In this document: one piece after another, positions 16,188-23,688 of the stretch | How the letters are laid out: every line of letters starts with the position of its first letter | How positions within the stretch are numbered: the first letter of the stretch is position 1 | Origin: Candidatus Anstonellaceae archaeon | GTDB taxonomy: Archaea > Micrarchaeota > Micrarchaeia > Anstonellales > Anstonellaceae | DNA: 36,472 bases | NCBI GenBank assembly: GCA_038824715.1 | Contig: JAWBPP010000003.1 | Span: 1 to 36,472, forward strand | Reading direction: 5' to 3' | Position numbers and translations under genes: made by a program | Notes under the pieces: model-generated | What the model was told of the DNA's origin: nothing | The model's input: the letters and a program-made list of their open reading frames with translations, nothing else | The model's database searches: none

Positions 16188-17201
16188 ATGCGCGCATCTG
16201 TCCTAATCCTCCTGCTTGCAGTTCTCGCGTCTTCGGCATCCGCATATGAGCTTGCCATAAAGGCTACGATTTCGCAGGGAACCCTTGCAGTCGGCACCAA
16301 TGTTTCTGTGATGACCGGCGGCGTGGAACTCTACTCGCAGAAGGCTGGCACTGACGGCTATGCCCGCTTCAACGTAACAGAAGGCAGCTATTTTGTCATA
16401 CTGCGCCGCTACCCATATCCGACACAGGTGCTTCTCCAGACAGTGGAATCGGACGTTGACCGCACCTTCACAATCAACCCAGTCATGTCCTACTCGGGGC
16501 TTTTCGGCCAAATCACCGGCCCAGGCTCGTTCGAAGGCACAACTGTGTCGGTCTATTCAGGAAGCACGCTCGTGAAAAAGGCAAGCACGGACAAGAACGG
16601 CTTTTATTCAATGGCATTTATCCCTGAGGGCAATTACGACATTCTAGTGGAATCGCCAGGCTTTTCGCAGAAAAAGGAGCGCAGGAGCCTCGCGGTTTCA
16701 GAGTATGTGCAGTTCGATGCCCGGCTGGAACAAGAAGCGCCGGTTGCAAAGCCGCAATACTCTCTTGCAGTTCCATCGTCTGCAGAGCAAGCATCAGTCA
16801 TCACAGCCACTCTGATGCTCGGCGGGCAACCTGTCTCTGGCCAGATAGTTTATGTTTCCACTCCGTCGGGCGAAGTGCAGATAAAAACTGACGAATCCGG
16901 CGTTGCGAAGCTGAATGCAGCAGCGCCAGGGACCTATTCGTTCAGGTTCTCTAACCTCACCGCATCAACAGTCGTGCCTTCCAAGGTTGCGCCCAAGCCG
17001 AAAGCTGAGCCCCCGGTGCAGCCGCCCGCGCAGGAACCGCAGCAGCCGCAGCCAGCGCAGGATTATTCAGCCGCCCTAATCGCGTTTGCAGCCATAGCGG
17101 TCGCAATCGGCGCGCTTTTGGGCGCAGCGCTCCTGTTCAAGGCGCTAACAGGAAAGCACGGCAAGCCCAAGCACGGGCACAGCCATCACAAGAAGGAATA
17201 G
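16188..17201 (+). CDS. Surface protein with three carboxypeptidase-regulatory-like beta-sandwich repeats, Pro-rich stalk, TM anchor and His/Lys tail
   Basis: Signal peptide MRASVLILLLAVLASSASA. Repeats such as TTVSVYSGSTLVKKASTDKNGFYSMAFIPEGNYDILVESPGF. C-terminus PKPKAEPPVQPPAQEPQQPQPA + TM + KHGKPKHGHSHHKKE. GGTGA upstream of the ATG. Confidence 0.65.
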   Translation: MRASVLILLLAVLASSASAYELAIKATISQGTLAVGTNVSVMTGGVELYSQKAGTDGYARFNVTEGSYFVILRRYPYPTQVLLQTVESDVDRTFTINPVMSYSGLFGQITGPGSFEGTTVSVYSGSTLVKKASTDKNGFYSMAFIPEGNYDILVESPGFSQKKERRSLAVSEYVQFDARLEQEAPVAKPQYSLAVPSSAEQASVITATLMLGGQPVSGQIVYVSTPSGEVQIKTDESGVAKLNAAAPGTYSFRFSNLTASTVVPSKVAPKPKAEPPVQPPAQEPQQPQPAQDYSAALIAFAAIAVAIGALLGAALLFKALTGKHGKPKHGHSHHKKE

Positions 17202-17273
17202 GGCTGCAAGGTGCGAACATGCATCTCTCGCCAGAAAAAATCATCGCCGCAAGAGCGGCAAAAGGGAAGTAGC

Positions 17274-18230
17274 ATGCCGTTTTCCCCTGAAAAATTCATC
17301 CGAGAGGCGGTTTCCGGTATAAAATCAGCCGCAGGCAAGGGCAAAGCAATCATAGCTGTTTCAGGAGGGGTGGATTCCTCAGTCGCAGCCGTCCTCTCTT
17401 CCCGCGCCCTTGGCAAAAGCATCCGTTGCATATTCGTGGATACCGGGCTCATGCGCAAGGACGAAGGGGTGAATGTCAAGCGCATGCTTTCGTCTGCAGG
17501 CGTGAAGCTTGAGATAGTGGATGCAAGCAGGCAGTTCTTCTCTGCGCTTTCCGGAGTGGAGGAGCCGGAGAAAAAACGGAAGATAATTGGCGAAAAATTC
17601 ATCCGGGTTTTCGAGGCCGAGGCAAAAAAATGGGGGGCGGAATTCCTTGTGCAGGGCACAATCGCGCCTGACTGGATAGAATCTGGCGGAGGAAGCAGGC
17701 ACACCATAAAGTCGCACCACAATGTCGGTGGCTTGCCGGAGAAAATGCACATGAAGCTCATCGAGCCACTGCGCGACTTGTACAAGCACGAGGTGCGTGC
17801 AGTGGCGGTAGCGCTAGGCCTTCCTCCGGAAATTTCGCAGAGGCAGCCGTTTCCTGGCCCTGGACTTGCAGTAAGGATAGTGGGCGAGATAACTCCTGAA
17901 AAAGCTGAGATAGTGCGCGAAGCCTGCGCAATTGTCGAGGAGGAGCTTGAGGCAGCCGGTTCCCGCGGCGCCATAGAAAAGCCTTGGCAGTATTTTGCCG
18001 CGCTTCTCCCCACGAAAACGGTCGGTGTGAGGGGCGACGAGCGGGCTTACCAATACACCGTGGTCGTGCGTGCAGTGCGCTCGCTTGATGGCATGACAGC
18101 AAACTTCTCGCACATCCCGCCAGAAATCCTGCAGAAAATCTCCACAAGGATAACGAATGAAATCCGGGCAGTTGGGAGAGTGCTCTACGACATAACGAAC
18201 AAGCCGCCAGCAACTGTGGAGCTGGAATGA
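17274..18230 (+). CDS. guaAB: GMP synthase subunit B (ATP pyrophosphatase)
   Basis: PP-loop SGGVDSSV and the conserved C-terminal dimerisation region (RGDERAYQYTVVVRAV). Start placed at ATG 17274 (MPFSPEKFI). Confidence 0.9.
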   Translation: MPFSPEKFIREAVSGIKSAAGKGKAIIAVSGGVDSSVAAVLSSRALGKSIRCIFVDTGLMRKDEGVNVKRMLSSAGVKLEIVDASRQFFSALSGVEEPEKKRKIIGEKFIRVFEAEAKKWGAEFLVQGTIAPDWIESGGGSRHTIKSHHNVGGLPEKMHMKLIEPLRDLYKHEVRAVAVALGLPPEISQRQPFPGPGLAVRIVGEITPEKAEIVREACAIVEEELEAAGSRGAIEKPWQYFAALLPTKTVGVRGDERAYQYTVVVRAVRSLDGMTANFSHIPPEILQKISTRITNEIRAVGRVLYDITNKPPATVELE

Positions 18231-18802
18231 AGGTGCTTCGAATGGCGATTTTGATTGTGGACATGGGCAGCCAGTACACCCATGTCATATGGCGCACTGT
18301 CCGAGAGCTTGAGCACGAAGGCAAAATCGTTCCAAAAGAAGTTTCCGCAGCCGAGCTTTCGAAAGCATCAGCAGTCATACTCTCGGGAGGGCCTTCTTCG
18401 GTGAACACCGACCAGTTCTTTTCCCTCCCAGCATTCATCCAATCTTCAAGAGTTCCCATCTTAGGAATATGCCTCGGCCAGCAGCTCATAGCGCACTGCC
18501 TTGGCGGCAAGGTTGTCAAGGGCAAGAATGCGGAATATGGAATTTCCAAAATAGAGGTGGATTCGCCAGGAGTTTTGCTTGCAGGCCTCCCCAAATCCTT
18601 CAGCGCATGGGTCTCTCATTTTGACGAGGTTGCAAAAATGCCGCCAGGCTTTGCCTCGCTTGCGCACTCAGACACCTGCAAAATAGAGGCAATGGAAAAC
18701 CCGAAGAAAAAGATTTTCTCAGTGCAGTTCCACCCGGAAGTCTGGCACACGGAGCACGGCGAGAAAATAATCGGGAACTTCCTCGAGCAGTTGCAACCCT
18801 AG
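18227..18802 (+). CDS. guaAA: GMP synthase subunit A (glutamine amidotransferase)
   Basis: Nucleophile motif ILGICLGQQL and VQFHPEV. ATGA overlap with guaAB at 18227-18230. Confidence 0.9.
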   Translation: MKVLRMAILIVDMGSQYTHVIWRTVRELEHEGKIVPKEVSAAELSKASAVILSGGPSSVNTDQFFSLPAFIQSSRVPILGICLGQQLIAHCLGGKVVKGKNAEYGISKIEVDSPGVLLAGLPKSFSAWVSHFDEVAKMPPGFASLAHSDTCKIEAMENPKKKIFSVQFHPEVWHTEHGEKIIGNFLEQLQP

Positions 18803-18895
18803 TTTTCGCGGTATTGGCCTATATCTTCGTTGATGTGTCGAAGCCTATAAGGCATACAGATGTTTTATAATGGTATTTAGTGTAAATATCAAGTC

Positions 18896-19426
18896 ATGGC
18901 AACAGCAGCATTTCAAGAGGCTAAAATAGCTTCTGCGTCTCGAGTGAAAGCCGCGCCTGCAAAACCGCTTTCTCAAACAGAGCTTCTGAAAGTAGAAGAG
19001 ATAAGAAAAGATATACGCAGCTGCGTGGTTCGCCTGCCAGGGCTCAAAATACCAAAAAGCGTGAAAAAGCGAGTTGCGCACCTCTCTCGGAGTGCAAAGG
19101 AACGTCTCTGGGAAAAGCTGAACATCGACACCAGCGCAATCTTCTTCAGGAAGCTTAGCGAGCTGCATAGGGAGAATGCCGGGTTATCTGTGGAGCTGAA
19201 CTCGGAAACGAATGACGTTAAGCTCATATCTCTAAACCTCGACTCTTCAAAAGCAGAAAAAACAGTAGCAGTGTCCAAAGGGATGGTGCTTGAGATGTCT
19301 ACGGTACAAAATCTCTTTTTCAGTATGCACCTTGATAAGAAAAAATACTCCACGCACGACAAGGCAGGCGTCGCACAGACTATACACTTCGCCGCGCAGG
19401 TTCTTATGAAAAAGTCTCAGAAATGA
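18896..19426 (+). CDS. Hypothetical protein (orphan)
   Basis: TTTTATAATGG box about 28 nt upstream of the ATG (leaderless). Lys-rich, no recognisable domain. Confidence 0.4.
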   Translation: MATAAFQEAKIASASRVKAAPAKPLSQTELLKVEEIRKDIRSCVVRLPGLKIPKSVKKRVAHLSRSAKERLWEKLNIDTSAIFFRKLSELHRENAGLSVELNSETNDVKLISLNLDSSKAEKTVAVSKGMVLEMSTVQNLFFSMHLDKKKYSTHDKAGVAQTIHFAAQVLMKKSQK

Positions 19427-19499
19427 AAATGCAGGCTCAAGTTGAGCTTGCGCCCAACTGGCCAGTGCATTTATGTGAGCAGAAATGCAGGGGGCAGGA

Positions 19500-19579
19500 T
19501 TTTCACCCAGTTCAACCCGACGGGAATCTTCTGGGGGTGAACCATCAGGGGGTCTTCAGTTTGCATGCGCCCCCTAGGG
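19500..19579 (-). other. tRNA intron 2, non-canonical position inside the T-loop (80 nt)
   Basis: Interrupts TTCAAA|T. The 3' part of the insert (GGGTTGAACTG) is complementary, with bulges, to exon/intron CAGGTTCAAACCC. The boundary can slide within the A run. Confidence 0.65.
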
Positions 19580-19610
19580 TTTGAACCTGCGACGGCCTAA
19601 GCCATCAGAT

Positions 19611-19646
19611 TGCTTATTGCACAATTGCTACAAGCAAGTGCGGGAT
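19611..19646 (-). other. tRNA intron 1, canonical 37/38 position (36 nt)
   Basis: Lies between CTCAAG and ATCTGA. Contains CTTG complementary to the anticodon-loop CAAG, plus TTGCTT/AAGCAA internal pairing. The boundary can slide by one A. Confidence 0.7.
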
Positions 19647-19693
19647 CTTGAGTCTGACGCGTTAACCAAGCTCCGCCACCCCTGCATTTTTTC

Positions 19694-19763
19694 TACAGGG
19701 GGTCAAGTCCGGAAGGACTTGGCGGGTATTTGTGCGAAGCACAAATCTGACCGCCACCCCTGC
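19694..19763 (-). ncRNA. Unclassified 70-nt structured element with tRNA-like acceptor stem (strand uncertain)
   Basis: GCAGGGG/CCCCTGT 7-bp terminal helix, GGCGG/CCGCC helix enclosing the ATTTGTGC/GCACAAAT hairpin, and an AAGTCC-TTCC-GGACTT hairpin. Its first 13 nt (GCAGGGGTGGCGG), plus the two preceding genomic bases AT (19764-19765), are identical to the tRNA-Leu 5' end and its two upstream bases, giving a 15-nt exact repeat. Confidence 0.3.
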
Positions 19764-19792
19764 ATGGTATTTCGTATAATGAGAAAGCCTCT

Positions 19793-21112
19793 TTAAGCTG
19801 GCGGAACATCAGGCGGCTGCGCCCCTGGCTCGGAAGGAGGGGCAGTATCAGCAGGCTTCTTCTTCGAAATGTAGTAGAATATTCCGTAAAGCACAATCAG
19901 TATCGCAACCATGTAAATTGCAGCAGTGACAGGGGTTATGGCTCCAATGTCAAACACGTCTTTTTTCTGGGTCGTCGGGTTCACAACGGGGATATCGGGC
20001 TTTGGCGCCTCCTTTATGACATAAGTTCCGCTCTGCGTCGCGGTGTTGCCTTCCTTGTCCGAAACCCTGACGCTGTAGCGCACAGGCTTGCCTGGCGCCT
20101 GTGCCGGTATCTTTGCCTCGAATGCATTGTAGCCCACGGTGTAAGCCTGCACGCTCTTCTCCGCCCCGTCCACAGTGTATGATATCGCAACTGATTCTAT
20201 CCCGCTTGCAGCAGAGCCCGGGTCTTCCACAAAAAGGCTCACAGTTCCAACTCCCTCTGGCGAGACAATCGCCCTAAACTCCTTTATGTTTGGCTTTTGC
20301 CTGTCAAATGTCACTGTCGCGCTGTCCTGCTGCGAAAGGTCAAGGGGCAGGCTCTTTGTGGCTTCGCCGTATTTTATCAATATCTGCGGGGTCGGGTTGG
20401 TGATGTTCTCAAAGCTTACCTTTCCGTTTCTGTCAGCGCGTTCTTCCTGCCCGTCCAATTCCACAGAGGCCTGCACTGGGTTCTTATCATCGTCAGTAAT
20501 GGTCAGTTTCAGGCTATACACTCCGATTGTTATGTCGAGCGTCTTGTCGCCTGAAAGCTCCACTGAGTCGGTCTTCAGCCCGTTCAAGTATTCTGCCCTG
20601 ACAACATGGCTTCCGGGGGGAAGCCTAAAGCCTGCGCTTCCCACATTGTCAGTCGTCTTCACCTGGTCGCCCACAGTAACACGGGCAGATAGGGGCGCGC
20701 CCTTCTGGTTGTGCACCGTGACAAACAAGTAATAGGCAGGTATCTGGAAATCCACGATTCTGACTCTGTCATCATTCGGGTCTGCAGTCATCGTGCTGCT
20801 CGCGTTGCGGTTGCCATATCTGACATAAAGAGTGTACGTATAGTCGGTAGAGGTTTCAATCTCTTCGTAATTGGTGAACACGATATCGGCAAAACCGCTC
20901 GCGTTTGTAAGTTTGGGCTTGGTCCTGCCGGTCCCGAACATCGAACTCAATTGGTATTCAGCATAAACCTGCGCTCCCTCAACAGGCCTGAACTGCTCGT
21001 CATAAACCTGGACAGTGAGCCTCTGGGTGTATTTCGCCTCGGCAAGTGGAAGAAAAGCAGCGGCAATCAGGATGGCAAGGAGAAATGCAACTCGCATATC
21101 CCTAATTCGCAT
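19793..21112 (-). CDS. Surface protein with multiple carboxypeptidase-regulatory-like beta-sandwich repeats and C-terminal TM anchor
   Basis: Signal peptide MRVAFLLAILIAAAFLPLAEA. An AT-rich TATA-like box at 21118-21130 favours a leaderless start at ATG 21097. Repeats such as SARVTVGDQVKTTDNVGSAGFRLPPGSHVVRAEY. C-terminal TM plus a Pro-rich tail. Confidence 0.65.
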   Translation of the reverse strand: MRIRDMRVAFLLAILIAAAFLPLAEAKYTQRLTVQVYDEQFRPVEGAQVYAEYQLSSMFGTGRTKPKLTNASGFADIVFTNYEEIETSTDYTYTLYVRYGNRNASSTMTADPNDDRVRIVDFQIPAYYLFVTVHNQKGAPLSARVTVGDQVKTTDNVGSAGFRLPPGSHVVRAEYLNGLKTDSVELSGDKTLDITIGVYSLKLTITDDDKNPVQASVELDGQEERADRNGKVSFENITNPTPQILIKYGEATKSLPLDLSQQDSATVTFDRQKPNIKEFRAIVSPEGVGTVSLFVEDPGSAASGIESVAISYTVDGAEKSVQAYTVGYNAFEAKIPAQAPGKPVRYSVRVSDKEGNTATQSGTYVIKEAPKPDIPVVNPTTQKKDVFDIGAITPVTAAIYMVAILIVLYGIFYYISKKKPADTAPPSEPGAQPPDVPPA

Positions 21113-21173
21113 GGATAATTATTTAATCCATCCTCAGTGGGCGCAGCATCAAAAAATCAGGAAACGGCAAAAA

Positions 21174-21182
21174 CCTTTTATA
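21174..21182 (+). promoter_or_regulatory. TATA box of pilin gene A (CCTTTTATA)
   Basis: Same 9-mer at the same spacing as upstream of pilin gene B (65 vs 66 nt to the ATG). GGAGG Shine-Dalgarno site at 21236-21240. Confidence 0.5.
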
Positions 21183-21246
21183 TTGCATATGCGAATGTTG
21201 CATCAAGCGACCAAATTTGTACGGCTGGGAAAGCCGGAGGGTTTAC

Positions 21247-21708
21247 ATGGGGATTTTCCAAAAAGGGCAAGGTGCCACCGAATACCTGGTTCTCCTTGCA
21301 GTAGTCCTGATCATCGCACTCGTGTCAATAGCGCTCCTCGGGTTCTTCCCAGGGCTTGCAACAGACGCGAGGATAACGCAGTCCAACTCCTACTGGCGGG
21401 GCGAAGCAAGGCCGTTTGCAATCCTTGAGCACACAGTCGGAACAAGCGGAAACGCGACGCTCATCGTCCAGAACTATGACGCTTCAGGAACGCTCACTGT
21501 AACGAACCTCACTGTTGGAGCAGGTTCCAATGGGACTTCAATGTCCTTTGCTCCTGGGGAAATACGAACAGTCTCGGTCGCCAACGTGGTTTCCTCTCCA
21601 TCTGCAGGGCAGGTCTATGACCTAGCAGTCACGTTCTCCTACAACACCTCGAACGGCGTGGCTTCCAAGCAATACGGTTCAAAGAACATAATCGGGAAAG
21701 TGTCTTGA
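21247..21708 (+). CDS. Archaeal type IV pilin (class III signal peptide, DUF361-like), paralogue A
   Basis: MGIFQKG|QGATEYLVLLAVVLIIALVSIALLGFFPG. Alignable over its whole length with the ORF at 34825-35286. Several N-x-S/T sequons. Confidence 0.8.
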   Translation: MGIFQKGQGATEYLVLLAVVLIIALVSIALLGFFPGLATDARITQSNSYWRGEARPFAILEHTVGTSGNATLIVQNYDASGTLTVTNLTVGAGSNGTSMSFAPGEIRTVSVANVVSSPSAGQVYDLAVTFSYNTSNGVASKQYGSKNIIGKVS

Positions 21709-21711
21709 GCC

Positions 21712-21746
21712 CTTCTTTTTTCCTTTTCAATTTTTTCTTCCTTTCC
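21712..21746 (+). terminator. Oligo-T terminator after pilin gene A
   Basis: CTTCTTTTTTTCCTTTTCAATTTTTTCTTCCTTTCC immediately follows the stop codon. Confidence 0.5.
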
Positions 21747-21748
21747 AA

Positions 21749-22723
21749 TCAGTTTTTTTCAAAAACAAGGTAGCGAAGCCTGTTTCCTTCCAGCCTGTAC
21801 TTCGCTTGCTTTCCGATTAGCGAGCCTGCCTTTATGGAAATGAACGTTTCCTCCTCCACTCCTTTAGGAACGCTCCGTATCCCGAGAAGACTCAGTGCGT
21901 CTTCGCAAGGCACAACGAGTTTTTCATTTCCGATAAGAAATACGACAGTGGAGCCATCGAACGAGGCTCCTCCAAAAGTTCCGACCAACTCCTCCTCTTT
22001 CCCTTTTCGCACCATCCTCGAGCTGGAATTGAAATGCAGCTCGCCGTTCTTGAAAAGCACGTTTTCCACAAGCACGGTTTCGCCCTGCTTAGGCTGGTTT
22101 TTCCCGTCAGGCTGCCAGACCACCACTCTTCTGCAGTCCCTGCCCTGGCAAAGCAGAAATGAGGACAGCCGCTTCTTCTCCCCAGTTTTCTTGTCTATGT
22201 AATGGTAGTCCGGCTCGATCTCGCGCACTTCGCCTTCCACGCTGCATATTCCGTGCGAAAGCCCGGCTATTCTCGAGCCATCCCCAAATGACAAAACCTC
22301 CACTCTCCCGTTTTTTCCAAGGCTAATCTCACCATCACGGAAATACGCTCCTGAAAACCTGGCAGCATAGCCGGCCCGCAACCGCTTTTCGGCAAAAGAC
22401 GCATGTTCATTCCAGAGCACCACAGTTGCCTCGTGCTTGCCATCAGAAACGTGCAGCCTTACCGAGCGCGCCGCCCCTCCTGCAAATTCCTGGACAGGGA
22501 AAACCCTGTCCACATGCGCCTCGAACGAAAACGGCAGGCGAGTCTTTGCCGCCTGCGAAAGGGGAATCTCCCTCTCAGTATCAATGCCGTTCTCTCGGCA
22601 CAGGAGCAGCACTGCTGCGCTTGCAGTCAAAAGTCCGCCGAAAGAAGATATTTTCTCCTCTACCTTGCTGTCATAATCAGCGCCCAGCTTCTCGCGCAAT
22701 CTCTTTTCCAACTCGTCATCCAT
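21749..22723 (-). CDS. RPA-like single-stranded DNA-binding protein (multiple OB folds)
   Basis: N-terminal helical segment ISSFGGLLTASAAVLLLCRENGID, typical of archaeal RPA. OB-like segments include RVFPVQEFAGGAARSVRLHVSDGKHEATVVLWNEHA. No Zn-ribbon CxxC seen. Confidence 0.5.
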   Translation of the reverse strand: MDDELEKRLREKLGADYDSKVEEKISSFGGLLTASAAVLLLCRENGIDTEREIPLSQAAKTRLPFSFEAHVDRVFPVQEFAGGAARSVRLHVSDGKHEATVVLWNEHASFAEKRLRAGYAARFSGAYFRDGEISLGKNGRVEVLSFGDGSRIAGLSHGICSVEGEVREIEPDYHYIDKKTGEKKRLSSFLLCQGRDCRRVVVWQPDGKNQPKQGETVLVENVLFKNGELHFNSSSRMVRKGKEEELVGTFGGASFDGSTVVFLIGNEKLVVPCEDALSLLGIRSVPKGVEEETFISIKAGSLIGKQAKYRLEGNRLRYLVFEKN

Positions 22724-22781
22724 GCAAATCTCTGCCCTTTTCGAGCCAACACTTTAAAATCACCAAACGCATTATCCCTCT

Positions 22782-23681
22782 ATGAAAAAGCGCATTGCCA
22801 CAATCGGGCACCTAGTATACGACATTCGCAACTACGTGGAGGCTTTCCCAGAGCCAGACCACACGGCTCTCATGCGCATGCACCCCAAGGCGGGCGGGGG
22901 CGGCTCGGCTGCAAACGTCGCGGTGAATCTCTCCAAGCTTGGCTTCTCTTCAGGCGTGATTGCGAACATAGGCAATGACAGGCACGGGAAATTCCTCCTG
23001 TCCGACCTCAAGCGCTTTGGCGTGGACACCTCCCAGATAAAGGTTTTCCGTGGCATGACCGGGCTTTCGGTCATAATCATAGACGCAAAAGGAGAAGTGC
23101 GCATAATCGAGGACTTAGGGGTTGCCGACAGGCGCCGCGCAATCGACACTGATTTCATCCGCGATTCGCAGTTCCTGCACATGAGCGGCTGCGCGCTCCA
23201 CATGCTGGAATCTGCAAGCAAGGGGGCGTATTCATCAGGGATACCGATCTCCTTTGACCCAGGGAGGGCTGCCTCGCGCCTTGGCGAGCAAAAGCTAGCC
23301 CCGATCCTCAAGCGCTGCGAATATTTGATAATAAATCGAAAGGAGCTTTTTGCCATGACCGGCTCGCGCGAGGAGTCGGCTGCTTCCGAACTTGCTAAAA
23401 AGCATGATTTGATCTGCGTAATAAAGCAGGGCGCGCGCGAAATAATCGTGAAGACAAAGGAAGACTCCTCATTCACGGTAGAGCCGTTCCGCGTGAATCC
23501 TGTCGACACGCTTGGCGCGGGCGACGCGTTCTGCGCAGGCTTCATCGCAGGCATAAACGAAAAGAAATCCCTGTACGAATCAGTGCGCTTTGCAAATGCG
23601 GTTGCAGCGGCAAAGGTGCTCCGCAGGGGAGCGCAATCCCTCCCATCGCGCCGCTTCATCACGGAAAAATTCAAGGTCTAG
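22782..23681 (+). CDS. PfkB-family sugar/nucleoside kinase (ribokinase-like)
   Basis: N-terminal GG motif region and C-terminal DTLGAGDAFCAGFI anion-hole motif. Substrate not assignable. Confidence 0.8.
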   Translation: MKKRIATIGHLVYDIRNYVEAFPEPDHTALMRMHPKAGGGGSAANVAVNLSKLGFSSGVIANIGNDRHGKFLLSDLKRFGVDTSQIKVFRGMTGLSVIIIDAKGEVRIIEDLGVADRRRAIDTDFIRDSQFLHMSGCALHMLESASKGAYSSGIPISFDPGRAASRLGEQKLAPILKRCEYLIINRKELFAMTGSREESAASELAKKHDLICVIKQGAREIIVKTKEDSSFTVEPFRVNPVDTLGAGDAFCAGFIAGINEKKSLYESVRFANAVAAAKVLRRGAQSLPSRRFITEKFKV

Positions 23682-23688
23682 TGATTCC

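Larger units (their letters stand above)
19486..19685 (-). tRNA. tRNA-Leu (anticodon CAA) with two introns; mature 84 nt, CCA not encoded
   Basis: Minus strand reads GCAGGGG-TG-GCG-GAGCTTGGTTAA-CGC-G-TCAGA-CTCAAG [36 nt] A-TCTGA-TGGCTTAGGCCGTC-GCAGG-TTCAAA [80 nt] T-CCTGC-CCCCTGC-A. All four stems pair perfectly once both inserts are removed. Long variable arm as expected for Leu. T-rich trailer. Confidence 0.8.

Noticed and set aside
19700-19725. GUCAAGUCCGGAAGGACUUGG resembles the conserved GGAA-tetraloop helix of SRP (7S/4.5S) RNA
   Set aside because: The hairpin is perfectly paired, without the symmetric and asymmetric internal loops of SRP helix 8. The surrounding roughly 300-nt SRP architecture is absent.
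18803-19765. Possible integrated mobile element at the tRNA-Leu gene (orphan ORF 18896-19426 next to the tRNA 3' end, plus a repeated tRNA fragment)
   Set aside because: No integrase or other mobile-element gene is present. The exact repeat copies the 5' rather than the 3' end of the tRNA, and the two copies are only 78 nt apart. Only weak AAATGCAGG similarities occur near 19430. This is not enough for an att-site claim.
19581-19796. 71-aa + strand ORF and 67-aa minus-strand ORF over the tRNA region
   Set aside because: They overlap the tRNA-Leu gene and the structured element. The RNA interpretation explains the sequence far better.
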